Of a stretch of 64,000 bases of DNA, positions 12,302 through 24,805 are shown piece by piece (position 1 is the stretch's first letter; every line of letters begins with the position of its first letter). This DNA comes from Guillardia theta CCMP2712 (lineage: Eukaryota > Protista > Cryptophyta), in NCBI RefSeq assembly GCF_000315625.1, contig NW_005434621.1, positions 201,398-265,397 of the forward strand, in the 5' to 3' direction. The notes below the pieces were generated by a model. The model saw only the letters and a list, made by a program, of their open reading frames with translations, ran no database searches and was not told where the DNA came from. Both the position numbers and the translations under genes were made by a program.

Positions 12302-12381
12302 AGCGGTAGAAGGGATCAGACTTGAAAAGAGTCCAGGGAGGAGCGGTAGAAGGGATCAGACTTGAAAAGAGTCCAGGGAGG
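12302..12381. repeat. Perfect 40-bp tandem duplication in the spacer between the channel genes
   Basis: agcggtagaagggatcagacttgaaaagagtccagggagg occurs twice. Confidence 0.9.
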
Positions 12382-12720
12382 GAAGGAGGTAGAGGATGAG
12401 GAAGGGGACAGCAAGGGAGACAGCAAGGGAGGGAGGAGGAGAAAGAGTAGGGGACGGCAACATAGGGAGAGAGCAAACAAACGATAGAGGAAGAACGAGC
12501 AGGTTTGTTGGCTAGAATCGTGAAATGCGAGCTGTAGGGTGAGCAAGCAACGTTGAAGTGAACTACTAATGATATCGAGACAGCTAGTATCAAGGAACAA
12601 ATTAAGAAATAATGATCCTGCATGACTATTCAACGCCCTCCTCTTCTCATCATAGTAAAGCGGTTGCTATAAAAGCAACGTTCTGAACAGTCCTTGAGAA
12701 GACAAACTCATCCTCTGATC

Positions 12721-15700
12721 TCAGAATTGATATCTCAGCACGCGGATCTTGCTGATCGCCTGATGAATGCTCCTGTCTAGCTCCACCTCTCGCACCTCCC
12801 CCCCCTCCTCCTCTACCCTCAGCTTCCCCCCTACGTACTTCCCCGTCAAAGTCTTCCCCATCGCCCCTGTCGCCTGCTCTCCCTCCCTCCTGCGCCTCCT
12901 CATCAGTCCCCTCTCCTCCCTCTCCCTCCCTCTCCTACCTCGCTTGGAAGAAGCGGCTGTAGCCCGTCCCGTCCCGCGAGTGCACGTCCACGTACGACGA
13001 TCGCTCTACCGCCAGCCCCCCCTCCTCCTTGCACAGCTGCTCCACCGCTCTGCCCATCCTCTCCGTCTCCGTCGACCCCTCCCCGTCCTCCCCGAGACCC
13101 GCCGAGAAGCACTCTCGCGCCACCCCGTCCTCCCCGACCTTGAGGTACACGTGGTACGTGTCGTAGAGCAGCACCTTGACGCTCTCCGCCCTCGCCTGCT
13201 CCCGCCGCAAGATGCTCGACGATCGCAGCGAGTCGAAGTTGACCGGCAGCTCGAACCATGACAGCTTCACGTAGTCTCCCTTGCCCCTGCACGTCTCGGC
13301 CGGAAGCCTCGGGCGATCTCCGTCGGGAGGGTCCCCGTTGGGAAGGAACTTGTCAAGTCTCTTGGAGGACTGCGGCGAAGCTTGCGAGGGTCCGGGGTAG
13401 ACGGCTGAGCTGCTCCCGTTGAGCTCCTTGTCCTTTCTGGGCGAGAAGTAAGGAAACGAGAGGTTTTTGTGTCTAAAAACAGATCTGCTTGACGCCCGAC
13501 GCTCACTGAGACTCTGGAGCTTGACCTCCTCTCGCTCCTCCTGCTTGCCCTTCCCTACCACGATGATGTCTGACCCCAGCATCGTCCCCACCGGCGACTG
13601 CCCCTCCTCTCCTCGTTGCCCTCCCCCGTTCGCTCCTCCATGCGGCCGCTTGGGCCCTTCGCTCCCGTGCCTCTCCATCCGAGACATCTTCTCCTCTATC
13701 CTTCTCAAGGTGTCGTCGTGCCGCGACATGGACGACTGTATCTTCTCCACGGCGTCGGTGAGCCGGAGGATGTGAAGGTCCTGGGGTCTACCTGGGGAAG
13801 GATCCGAGACGATCTTGCTCAAGACAGCTTCGATTCTTTCCATGTTGACATTAAGAGTCTCGAGGCTAACGGCTTTAGTTTGGCGAAACGAGCTGGGCAA
13901 CCCCATCTCATGCTTCCAGTGCGAGAAAGCGTTGTAAACAGGCGAGTTGAAGAGCTTCTTCAAGATCTCCCTCTTCGACTTCCGTGGAGTCTGTTTCTTC
14001 GACTTGAAGATCGGGTTGTCTATCTTGTCCACTGAGAATAGCAGCGACTTGATTGCAAACAGGACGTCGTAGTTGAACTCCTGCGCCTCGTTCTTGATCG
14101 CCGTAGCAACCTTCGCCTCCCGTTAGCCCCTTCTTCTTCTCCCCTCCCCTCCTTCTCCCCGTCCCCCCCCCCCTCCCCCTCTCCTCTCCCTCCCCTCCCT
14201 CTACCTTGCGATGCACATAGTTCGACATCTGCGTCAGGATCATCGTCTCGAACTCTTCTGGCCCCAGCTCCTCCTGCGAGTTCAGCAGCTTCCGGGAGTC
14301 CGTGATCGCGTCCCAATCCTCCTCCGTCAGCGTCACGGGAGGGCTCAGCTTGAGCTTCTGATGTACCCGCCTGTCAGCGTCTACCTCCTCCTCCTCCTCC
14401 TCCTTCTCGTTCTCGTTCTCGTTCTTTACACGTCGTCTGCTGCTTTCTGTCTCTATTTCGATCCCTATCCTACCTCCCTCCTGTTGTCTTCTTCCTTCAC
14501 TTGCTCATCTAGCATGTCTCCCTGCTTCCCTCATGGTTGACTTCCCCCCTGCCCCTGCCCCTGCCCCTGCCCCTGCCCCTGCCCCTGCTCCTGCCTCTGC
14601 CTCTTCTGTTCCTCTACGTCCTTCGCTCCTTCTACGCTGCTTTACCTTGAGCCCGAAGTTGAGCTCCTCGAGGTTGACTGACCCGGACTCGTCCAGGTCC
14701 ATCTTCTGCTCCCACACGTGTGAGTCTGCGAGCCCACAAGACGCTCGAGAGCTTTTGAGCGACCTGATAGAGCTGGAAGATCTTCAACGACAGCTCCTCC
14801 AGCGTCGAGAAGTCCATCAGGCTTGTCACCAGCGGGTCCAGCGGGCCTGAGCCACGGAACGACTTGACGAGTCCGATCTGTACAGCACAGCAAGTCTCAA
14901 TCCCTCCTCTTTTTATCAACAAGACTTACAATGTCCTCTTGACGCTTTGCTTTCTTCTCGCTGCGCTCTCGCTCGACCGTCGAGATGAACTCGTCCAGCA
15001 GTACAGCCACCACGATGTTCATCAGCACCTGGGATCTCTTGCTCACTCCTCGCCATGGTCTCTAGTCTTTTCTCCTCACCACGTTGACGATGAGAATATA
15101 GATCACGAAGTACATCGCAGTCTGTTCAGTGTGCAACAGCTTAGCTCCCTCCCCTCCTACTCTCTGCCCAGCTCGCTTCCTCCTCCCCTCATTACATTTG
15201 ACGTATTCTCACCCCTCCTTTTCTCCTCCACCTCCTCTTACCCAGAAGTTGATGCGGTCGTCGTCGATAAAGAGTGAACGTGCAATCGACGACGCCCAGG
15301 AGTCGCCAGTCGCTATTTGAAAGAGGGTGAACATCGACTTCAAAAAGTTCCCGAAGAAGTCCTCGCTCCTCCCAGCAAACACGTTCGTCCCGATGATCGC
15401 GAAGATCGACGTGAAGATAAGCAAGATGCAGAACGCGTTCAGCACAGGAATGACTGCGTCCCCTCGTCAGCTCTCTCCTCTCATGCCCGCCTGCTCCCTT
15501 CCTACCCGAAGACGACAGGGCGTTGATCAGCACGCGGAACGAGTTGAGCATCCTGTCCCGCCGCATTCCAAGTCAGTCGCTATCCTCGTCCTTCTTGTCA
15601 CATGTGCACCCCTACCTACGCCCGTCTCTTCCCCCATCTCCCTCCCTCTCTCTCCCTCTCTTGCTCTCTCCCTCGCATTGCTCCTGCTACTCTATCTCTC

Positions 15701-16859
15701 CCCACCTGAACACTCGTATCATCTTGAAGATACGAATCAGACGTAGCGCGCTCACACCAGGCACGCCTCGGATGATCTCCGAAAGAACAGTTATCATCAC
15801 GACCACGAAGTCTGCATCCCCATGCGCGTCGCCCCTACAATGTCAGATGACTCCCCAGACCCTCGTCCCTCCTCACCGAGGATGTTCCACCCATCCGATA
15901 CGAACGGCCAGTACCAGTTGCTCAGCACGTTGACTACCAGCTCCTACCTCCCTCGTCAGCGACCCCTCGCTTCACCTGCTGTACGTACAAATGCGAAGAT
16001 GCACGTGTAGGTTATTTCCAAGGCTCTGAACGCTCTCGCTTGTTGCGAGCCGTCTGGAGGCTGCAGCTGCGCCGACAAGATGGCGCAAATGAAAGACGCC
16101 ATGATCACAGCCGAGAAGAAGAGCTGACTTGCTGTGCTCGAGTAGATTCTTCTCAGCTGCCTCTGTCGCCTCTCTAGCTTCGTTTCTCCTTGCCGTAGCT
16201 TTTCCTTGAGATAGACTTTGACAGCTTGGTGGATAGCTGTGATCTGTTCAAACACACGCCTTTAGCTCCTCTCCACCATCATGCTCCATACCCAAGTGTC
16301 TCGCTCATCCTTGCTCGATGCCAGCAGCACTGTCGACTTGCCCGAGTTGTGTCCCTCGGGTATGGTCGTGATGATGAAGATCTTCTCGTCCAGCTCGTCC
16401 TGTGCTCATGATCAAACCAGCGGACGTAGAGAGAGGCTCTCGCGGCAGACTCACGTCGTCTATCCTCAGAGTTGTCGATCGCTTGATACTGGCCCTCTTC
16501 TCTTCTTGCCGGACGGTCTCGTCAATGTTTTCTTCTGTGCTTGTCTTGGACACGACGGCCATGACCTCATCCAGCGGTATGTAGTCAATCACGTCCATCG
16601 CTCCGACTTTTCCGAGCAGAAGCTTGTCCTTGCTCAGACAAACTTTCCTGCGCTGCCATGTGTCTCCGATGGTGCTGTCGCGGCATTGCACAGTCACGGG
16701 ATTGAAAGGGAGAGGAGGACAAGAATACCTGAGGACTTGCCGGTGAAGCTCTGCGATGAGGATGCTGTCGTCTTCGGAAGGAAACTGAATGGTAGGGATG
16801 GAAGCCTCTTCCTTCCCCCTTATTCTTCCCTTCCGGGTAGCCACATACACAGCTGCCAT
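12721..16859 (-). CDS. Single-domain voltage-gated cation channel with PH and EF-hand domains, copy B (inverted paralog)
   Basis: Reverse-complement near-copy of 7188-11077 with the same exon structure. Pore FTLFQIATGDSWASS; C-terminus ...VLRYQF*. Confidence 0.88.
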
Positions 16860-17690
16860 GAGGCTCCCACACGGCAGTCTACGTGCTTCTGTGAACTCGG
16901 TCTACAAGGTTCAGCTGCTCGTCACGGAACTTGCCCTATTCGGAGACGGCGGAGAAGATTCCTAGACTCTCAGGGGTAACGGCACAACTTAACAGCTGTT
17001 AGGCTTCTTTTTCGTGATGGTAGAATTCTGATCTCAATGACGATCAAACTAGAGTTTGAGTTGTGAGCGAGGAGCTTAAAGCTCAAGATGTTAGCAAGGA
17101 AATTGTTAGAAGACTAGAAGCTGCCACTACTGATGACTAGCTGCTCGATGTCCCTCGCTTCACAAGTTCGAAACCATAAAAGAGCTGTGGGTACCGTGCC
17201 CGTACAATCGACCTTACTTTAGTAGGCAGAGGGGGTGGGGGTGGATCATGAGGAGGCCTGACCGGTACCTTAGAAATATCTACAAGGGGTTCATGTCGGA
17301 ATGGGGTCAACTGAGGGGTGGGGTCCTGAATAAAACCTTTTTACTACCGTAATCTTTTGCATGAAAAAAAAAAAAGGCGAAAATGATCAAGAAAAAAAAG
17401 GTCAAAGTTTCAAATAACGGATTTCCGTTACATTCGCATGTTTCCGATACTAGCCTACTCTATGTATTTTCACTGCGTGGCTGATCATCGGTCTTTTAGG
17501 ACTATGGTGCATGATTGCTTCAGCTACGGACTAACGTGAACGCCTGTACACAGAGAGAGGTCAAAACAACTCGATGAAATGTTCATTGTCCAAAAGAATT
17601 CACTGCTACTTTAGTACAACCCATCCCCCAAGAACCTGGGCTTCTGGTTTTCGGCCTGCTAGACTGTCAGAAAGGAAACCCTGCTACAAT

Positions 17691-19466
17691 TCACAGGGAA
17701 ACCTCCTCAACAGGAACCAGGCTGTCTCCAAGAGTCTTCATCTGCATCTCCCTTCGAAGCTGCAGACGTTCGTTAGAGTTTACTTCGACCACGAACTGGC
17801 ACAAGTACCTCCTGCTGAAGCCTGCTGCCCGAGGGCTGGACCATCTGTCTCTGGACCATCTCACACCCTGGAGTTCCTGCGGGGCATCCCTCCCTGAAGG
17901 CAACATCCTGCGGATCCCCTGCAAGTCAGAATCCTGAGGACGCAAACATTATCCTTCGACTGACCCGGAAAGGAGAATCTCTGCGCTGAACTTGCTCGAG
18001 GTGCTCGCGGGCAAGGTTCAAGCGAGCCATGTCACGTCTCATCTTCGAAAGCTCGCGACCTTCGCGAATTTGTCTTGATTCTCCGATGTGGGCCATTTGG
18101 CTTCGGGGGCTTGCGACTTGGGGAGAGAACTGACGGAGAGATTGAGCCTGAGCCACTCGCATGCCGTTGGATGCCGGATAAGAGGACATGGCCTGCTTGC
18201 GGACGGCCCTATCGATGTTTGCCAAGTAAGGCCTTCGCTCGCCAACCTGTTTGTCGTAAAAGTTCGCACGGAATTCCTTAGCCTGCCCAAGGAGTCAAAA
18301 GTGCACAAAGATTGCTATCGTTCGTACAGGATCTTCCATTTGCTCGCTGTCGATGATAAACTGGTCTGTTCCGGCCTTCGAGTTCTTGTGCTGAGGGGCT
18401 TGAGCTAGTGCTAACGTAAGACATTTCGGTACTCAGAAAGGATCAAAACTACCGTAAGCACCCCACATCATGTTCTTGCCACGGCCCATCATTCCTTGTC
18501 CTGAGGGGTACGCCCCACTGACCATGGCTTGCCGACGCATCATCTCCATTTGCTTCACTTTGTTGACGTAATCAACGTATTCCTGACTCGCATGTGTCAG
18601 ACTACAACAAGAGCACATGAAAAGCAGGATGTCCATCACCTTGCGCAAAGCAGCGCTTTTCTGCTCCTCCTTCTCATATGTTGACTTGGCTGCTTGAGCC
18701 TGCACACAAACCTAACCAACCAACCAACCAACTTCCATCCGCCCATACCTCCTCGTGGGTCTTCTGAAGATTCTGCTGGATTTTCTTCACCTCCTCGATG
18801 TCATGATCCAAGGTGAAGGCCGAGCCTGCAATGTACAAGTGAATATCATCACTAATAGTCATGATAGCTGTGCACCAGGATTTCTCATATAGTCTTCAGG
18901 ACGGAGAACCAACGGCTGCTTCTGCTTCGGGTCAACAAAGCTCTGCAGCTGCTCTGGGGAAGGTGGGTCCAAAAGCTCTGCAGACACAACATCGGGATTA
19001 TTTCAAAGGCAGTCAAAGAGAAAATCCTTACCTGGATGAGTCCATCCCCCAAGGTGATTCCCAGGTCCAGCATCTTCAACGTCTTCATCTGACCCCTGCT
19101 CCACCAGTCAAAGCGACGAAAGGGAAATCATATCGCCATACAGCACTCTCTGAGTTTGCATAGAAGTCTGCAGCAGGATTGTCTGATTCGGGGTTGATGC
19201 TGATACTTCCCTCCTGACAAAAGATTCAAACCAGGAAATGTTATTGTCTCAATGAGAAGCTCAACCTCCATGAGAGACTTGGATAGATCGTTCTCCAAGA
19301 TGGTAGTGTTGCGATGCGTGGTGAAGACAACAATGCAAGCCAGAAGGATAGCCCCTTCAAACAGGAATCACAACAATCCTCTTGGCGCCCAGAACAATAC
19401 AAACATACCGCAGAGAGTAGCAGCGATGCTTGCCTTTACCCTCTTGCTCTTGTTTCCGTCTGCCAT
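17691..19466 (-). CDS. Hypothetical type II membrane-anchored protein, multi-exon, coiled-coil rich
   Basis: ATG at 19466: MADGNKSKRVKASIAATLC|GAILLACIVVFTTHRNTT (signal anchor). Later exons fall in ORFs 18674-18862, 18433-18705, 17926-18225 and 17691-17945. No recognisable domain; could be two genes. Confidence 0.5.
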
Positions 19467-19630
19467 GGTTGTTGTTTCCTGCCTTGCAAAGGCACCTAAT
19501 ACGAAACATCACATTTCATGTATTTTCACAATTCCAGGTAAATGTGATGGCTTCAAGACCCCTGGCTCACACAGCTAATCGATTTTGGCATTGTTCAAAC
19601 AAAGACGACATCCGCATTATCACCACCGAA

Positions 19631-19674
<44 letters not shown>

Positions 19675-20085
19675 CCAGCATCAGCGTTCTGACAGAATGA
19701 TGATGATGCACAGATTCCAATGCCTTATGCACCATTACTCTCATCGAATTTGTTATTATCGGTGTTCGCTCTTATGCTGACTCCGTTCACCGCTCTCACT
19801 CATTCCCATTCTCCCTCTTCCACGCTCTTGAATCTCCTGCCTTTACCCGCTCCGTTTCCTAGTTTCCTCCCTCCTTCCCTCGCCTCCCTCCTCTCTCCCT
19901 CCTCTCTCCCTCCTCTATCCTTGCTCTCTCCCTCCTCTCTCCCTCCTTCCCTCCATCCTCTCTCCTCCTCTCCTCGCATGCTTCCTCACCGTATCCTTGC
20001 ATGGCGATTGCAGGTAAACGAAGAGGCAGATGTTGAAAATGATTTAGCTTGATACTTTTAAAAAATAATCAGTTAGCTGAATGCA

Positions 20086-20553
20086 ATGAACGGAATCTTC
20101 CCGGACTTGGAAATGAGGTGGGTACTGGGCTTATAAAAGAGGGGGTCGGGTCAGGAGGTGGGTTGTATCGAATGGAGGCACTCGATTTTCCGACGACCAA
20201 GTAAGGCGGAGATGCGCGAGGAGGAGGAGGACGAGGACGAAGAAGACAAGAACGATGAGGACGAGGACGAGGATGAAGATCACGATGAGGAACATAGATA
20301 GTGAGTCTGATCACTTTGGGTGAAAACAGGCATGTGGATGCTAGATAAGATTCATGTAGATGCAGAGGATGTCAGTGTTGAGATATCATGAGGAAGAACA
20401 AGAGAAGGAACGAATAGGCGAGGCAGAACAAGAGGATTCAGATCTCGATGATTTGGTACAAAAACGTAGGTTTATCCTTATCTCAATGCGAGCCTAGCGA
20501 AACCGATTGGACAGTTTTAAACTTTTCCCAAGGAGAGAGTAAGCGGAGGATGT

Positions 20554-20589
<36 letters not shown>

Positions 20590-22556
20590 AAAGCTTTCAA
20601 GGGAAGGTCTGGTCCCTTATGACCTCTGATGCTACAGGTCTGTGGTTGAGTACGTCTGGATAGGAGGGGACGGGCCCCTAGACCTCCGGTCGAGGGCGAA
20701 AGTGCTTCCTAAGACGGTTCAGGGCCTCGAGGATATTCCCGATGCTGGCTTCGACGGCTTCCAGACAAACCAGGCTCCACCCGACTGGTGATTTGAAACC
20801 TTTGATGAGTCTTTCTGTGACGAGGTGGCTGATGCTATTTTCCTTCCCAGCTCGGAGGTCAGAATGAAACCCCGAGGTCGGAGCAACCCGCTGCTCTGCT
20901 CCTCCTGCTCTTGTAGCTGACTCGCTGCCCAGCTCTGTTTCAAGACCCATTTAGGCCCACCGGTCTGAACCTGATGGTTCTCTGCGACTGCTGGTTGCGA
21001 GAGCCATGGCTGAATCGCCAGGAACTGCTCACCCTGATTCGCAGGAGTCCTGACAAACGACCGTTGCCGTCCAACACGAGGATCATGGCGCAGCAACTGT
21101 TCGACGTGCAGCCTCAGGCCGAGCCTTGGTTCTCAGTAACGCAGGTGATGGGAGGCTCCTGGGGCAGAGCAGAGGTCCTGACGCTCGCTCTAGGAGTACA
21201 CCATCTTCAAGGACGGAAAGCCCCTGGGCTGGCCATCCGCGACCGCGAGAAGTTTTGGAGGTGATTTGACGTGAACGGCCTCCAGCTCGACCTGACAACA
21301 GGATTAAGGCCCCACAACGCAGCTGGGCTATCCCGGGCCGCAGGCGATCGATCCTGTGTCGCTGCGAAGCAGGCTCTCATTCCCTGACAGGGTCCATACT
21401 ACTGTTCGGCTGGAGCCGATGTCTCCTTCGGAAGGCAGATAGCAGAGGCGCATTTGAAAGCTTGTCTGTGCGCAGGTTGCTTCATGATTGGCTTCTGTCA
21501 CCTGTTCACAACTTGCTATCTATCAAGGTGTCAAGATCAGCGGCGTTCATGGCCAACCGATGCCAGGACAGGTTCCGATAGATCTGTGGAGTTGTGAGTG
21601 CGTTTCCTCTAAGACGTGTTCAAACTTCAGTGGGCGTTCAAGGTCGGGACTTGCCAAGGGATTGAAATGGGGGATCATCTCACCATGGCAAGATACCTTC
21701 TGAACAGGTTGCCTTGAACGTAGTTTCGATTCCTTCCTTCACTCGCTGCCTGTCAGAGTTGGCGAACACTTCGGATGTGTAGTGTCATTCGATCCCAAGC
21801 CAATTCCAGGTGAAGCTGGACAAGGCTTTTTTCGATGCAGAATGGTGAAATCTCTTGTCAGGGGACTGGAATGGAGCCGGATGTCACACAAGCTTCAGCA
21901 CGAAAGTTCGTCGCATCATTGCGCTTGCCCATCGTTCGTTCTTGACTGGGAAGTGTCAGGCGATGAGGGAGGTGCCAAATAAAGGAGAGGTTGGAGGCTT
22001 CGAGGAGATCAGGCTCGTGTATCCTTCATCTTGTGCTGGAGGTGAAGGGAATGCAGGAGGGGCATCATCAACCTCGAGAGGAAGCATCAAGTGAGTTGAC
22101 TTGCACTAGCTCAATCGTCTGACAACCTTGAAGGAACATATCATGGCCTACGGAGAAGGCAACGAGAGGAGATTGACGGTCTGTCGTGTCGTCAGTCGGG
22201 CATGAGGTCTGATGGCAAGGCAGGGGATGCATGAGACAGCGCACATCGACACCTTCTCCTGGGGTGTTGGAAACTGCATGGCTCACATCCGAGTACCCAA
22301 GTACCATGAGGGCGTCGTGGTTCTCAACCCTAACCCTAGGATCGTCTTGCAGGTCAACTGAGATCGCAGGATGTGGATACCTCGAAGATCGCAGGCCGGC
22401 GTCAAATATGGTATCACCCCGCACCAGTGTCATGTACTCCCTACCGTTGCATCTCCACCGCCCCAGTCCTTTCTCAAGCAGCTTCTTGACGCTTTCATGT
22501 TGCAGGACCCTTATGTGGTAACTTCTATGTTGTTCAAAACTTGCTGTTTGGATTAA
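20086..22556 (+). CDS. Type II glutamine synthetase-like protein with a degenerate active site
   Basis: Exons: [44 protein letters not shown]|EYTI, GYPGPQ|[13 protein letters not shown]|[24 protein letters not shown]|[17 protein letters not shown]|DPYVVTSML. Stop at 22554-22556. First exon tentative. Confidence 0.9.
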
Positions 22557-22758
22557 AACAAGCATCACGCGAGAGATTTCGATTAAGCTGTTTACTAGAA
22601 CGAAGGTGTATCAACATCTCGTGCAAGACAAGAGTCTTCACTGCGACATTTAAAAAGTTCGCACACTGAAGATGAAGATGAAGGTCAGAGCTGTGGAGAT
22701 AGCCTCCGAAAATCTCTGTGACAGGCGGATCGGCACCACCAAGAGTGCTATGTGGCCT

Positions 22759-24805
22759 TCATTTCTTTAGAAGGTTGGCAAAAGGGTCATTAGAGGCGTT
22801 AGCTTGAGCTCCCGAGGAGTTCCCTGAGCCTCCCATCATCATCTGCCAGAAATCATAAGGCAAAAAATCGATTCAGGAAGTGACATCAATACTCACGCCT
22901 GAATTCATGCCCATGTTGCCCATGCCGCCTCCCATTCCCATGTTGTTACCCATACCCATGCCGCCTCCCATGCCCATGTTGCCCATGCCCATGCCCATAT
23001 TATTGCCCATGCCCATGCCCATATTATTGCCCATGCCCATGCCCATATTATTGCCCATGCCCATGTTACCGCCCATGCCCATGTTACCGCCCATGCCCAT
23101 GTTACCGCCCATGCCCATGTTGCCCATTCCCATTCCCATGCCGCCTCCCATGCCCATGTTGCCCATGCCCATATTATGGCCCATGCCCATATTATTGCCC
23201 ATTCCCATGCCGCCTCCCATACCCATGTTACCGCCCATGCTCACGTTGTTGCCCATTCCCATGCCGCCTCCCATGCCCATGTTACCGCCCATGCCCATGT
23301 TGCCCATGCCCATACCCATGCCGCCTCCCATGCCCATGTTGCCCATGTTGCCCATGCCTCCCATTTGATTGTTGGGCATAGCATGACCCTTTTGTCCTGG
23401 AAATCCTCCTCCTTGCTGAGGATTGGGTGCCATGAGACCAGCGTACGGGTTGTTCACATTAGCTGCTTGACCTGAACCGTAGAGTGCCAAGATATCATCT
23501 TTGCTCTTCTTGGGATGTGCATCATGCGAGCCTCCAAAGTCAAAGTTGCCAAAGTCCGCGTTTGTTGAAGGCTGTGAAGTACCAAAGGAACCGAAGTCAT
23601 TTCCTCCATTGCCGGTGGCACCGTTTGATGAGAAAGGGTCAGAGCCTCCGAAGTTGCCGAATGGATCTCCTCCAGCGCCAAAAGGATCTGATTGTGCTTG
23701 GGGAGCTGCTGCAGGGGCAGGGGCAGGGGCAGGGGCAGGAGCCGAGAAATCGAGCAGATCGACAACAGGAGCGGCAGCTTTTCACATTGTAAATCAAACA
23801 TCTTTCGTCGGGAAACAAAAAAGACTAACCCGGTTTCGGCTGTTGTGACGGTTGGTTAGCAGTGCCAGAAGACACATTCAGCTCTTTCTGAAGCTTCTGG
23901 GCAAGCTTGAAGTCTTCAGCCTCTTGATGCTTCTTCTTCTCCTGGATGGCCAAGGAAAGTATCAGACGGGAATTTCAAGGATGATCGAAATCACCTCATG
24001 GGTGTCATTGGCTGAAGCGTTACCTCCCTTGGACCCTCCCACAGCAATCCACTCCTTACGCTCGTACTTGGCCCGGATGAACTCCTCTAAATCCCTGAAA
24101 GCAACCAGCACCGTAAGCACAGCACAAGTATCGTGATAACATTCAGTTCACAACTTCTCTAGGCGGGCACTCACAAGGACGAGGTGTTCTCATTCGGTTT
24201 CTTGTAATGTCTGGTGTTGGTGTTGCCCTCGAAGTAAGCGTTGGATACCTTGTTTCCTCTGGCTTTCATCCACTGCAAGGAATCCTCAACCAGAAGGCAA
24301 GGACTGAGAGGAAGAGGAGAGGAAGAGGAGAGGAAGAGGAGAGGAAGAGGAGAGGAAGAGGAGAGGAAGAGGTGAGGAAGAGGAGAGAGGCAGGAGGAGA
24401 GATGGGGGAGGGGTGGGGGGGGGTGAGGCGAGGCGAGGAGCAGAGAAATTCACCTCTGCCCACTTGATCTTCCAGCCGTCAAGAGTCACAGACTTCACTT
24501 TGGAGATGTGAACACCGAGCCTCCTGTGGATCCCAGAGCAATTGAGACAGACGAAGATACCAAGATTCATCGAAGCCCAACGAGGACCTGAAAGATGCCT
24601 TCAACCATTCGCGCATCCACAATCACCAGTTGGATTCACCCAGTGCATTGCAGTCAGCGCAGTGCCGATTGTCCGGATTCTTGATGCATGCGTCCAGAAT
24701 CTTTTGTGCCTTGTCCTTTTCTTGAGACGAGATCTGAGACCCGCTCATGTTGAAGTCCGAGGGGTCAATGCCCAGTTCTTTCATATGATCTTCAGGAGAA
24801 GACAT
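22759..24805 (-). CDS. ArfGAP (SMAP/AGD5-like) with a Met/Gly/Asn-rich C-terminal region
   Basis: [10 protein letters not shown]|[37 protein letters not shown] (C4 zinc finger plus catalytic Arg) and [13 protein letters not shown]. Also DPF/DFG motifs and GNMGMGGG repeats (22900-23370). Ends [10 protein letters not shown]. Confidence 0.92.

Larger units (their letters stand above)
7188..16860. repeat. Large inverted duplication: arms about 7188-11077 and 12734-16860, unique spacer about 1.65 kb
   Basis: Identical ORF translations on opposite strands (e.g. 7795-8094 + and 15956-16255 -); most introns also near-identical. Confidence 0.95.

Noticed and set aside
12302-12381. Direct repeats (also 27511-27574, 62335-62430) as a CRISPR-like array
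   Set aside because: Tandem copies without unique spacers, no cas genes, eukaryotic context.
11100-12700. Possible gene in the spacer between the channel copies
   Set aside because: Only short ORFs with no recognisable motif; I could not build a consistent exon chain. Not excluded without RNA-seq.
22880-23475. Plus-strand Met-Pro and His-Ala repeat ORFs
   Set aside because: Antisense shadows of the ArfGAP Met-Gly repeat exon.
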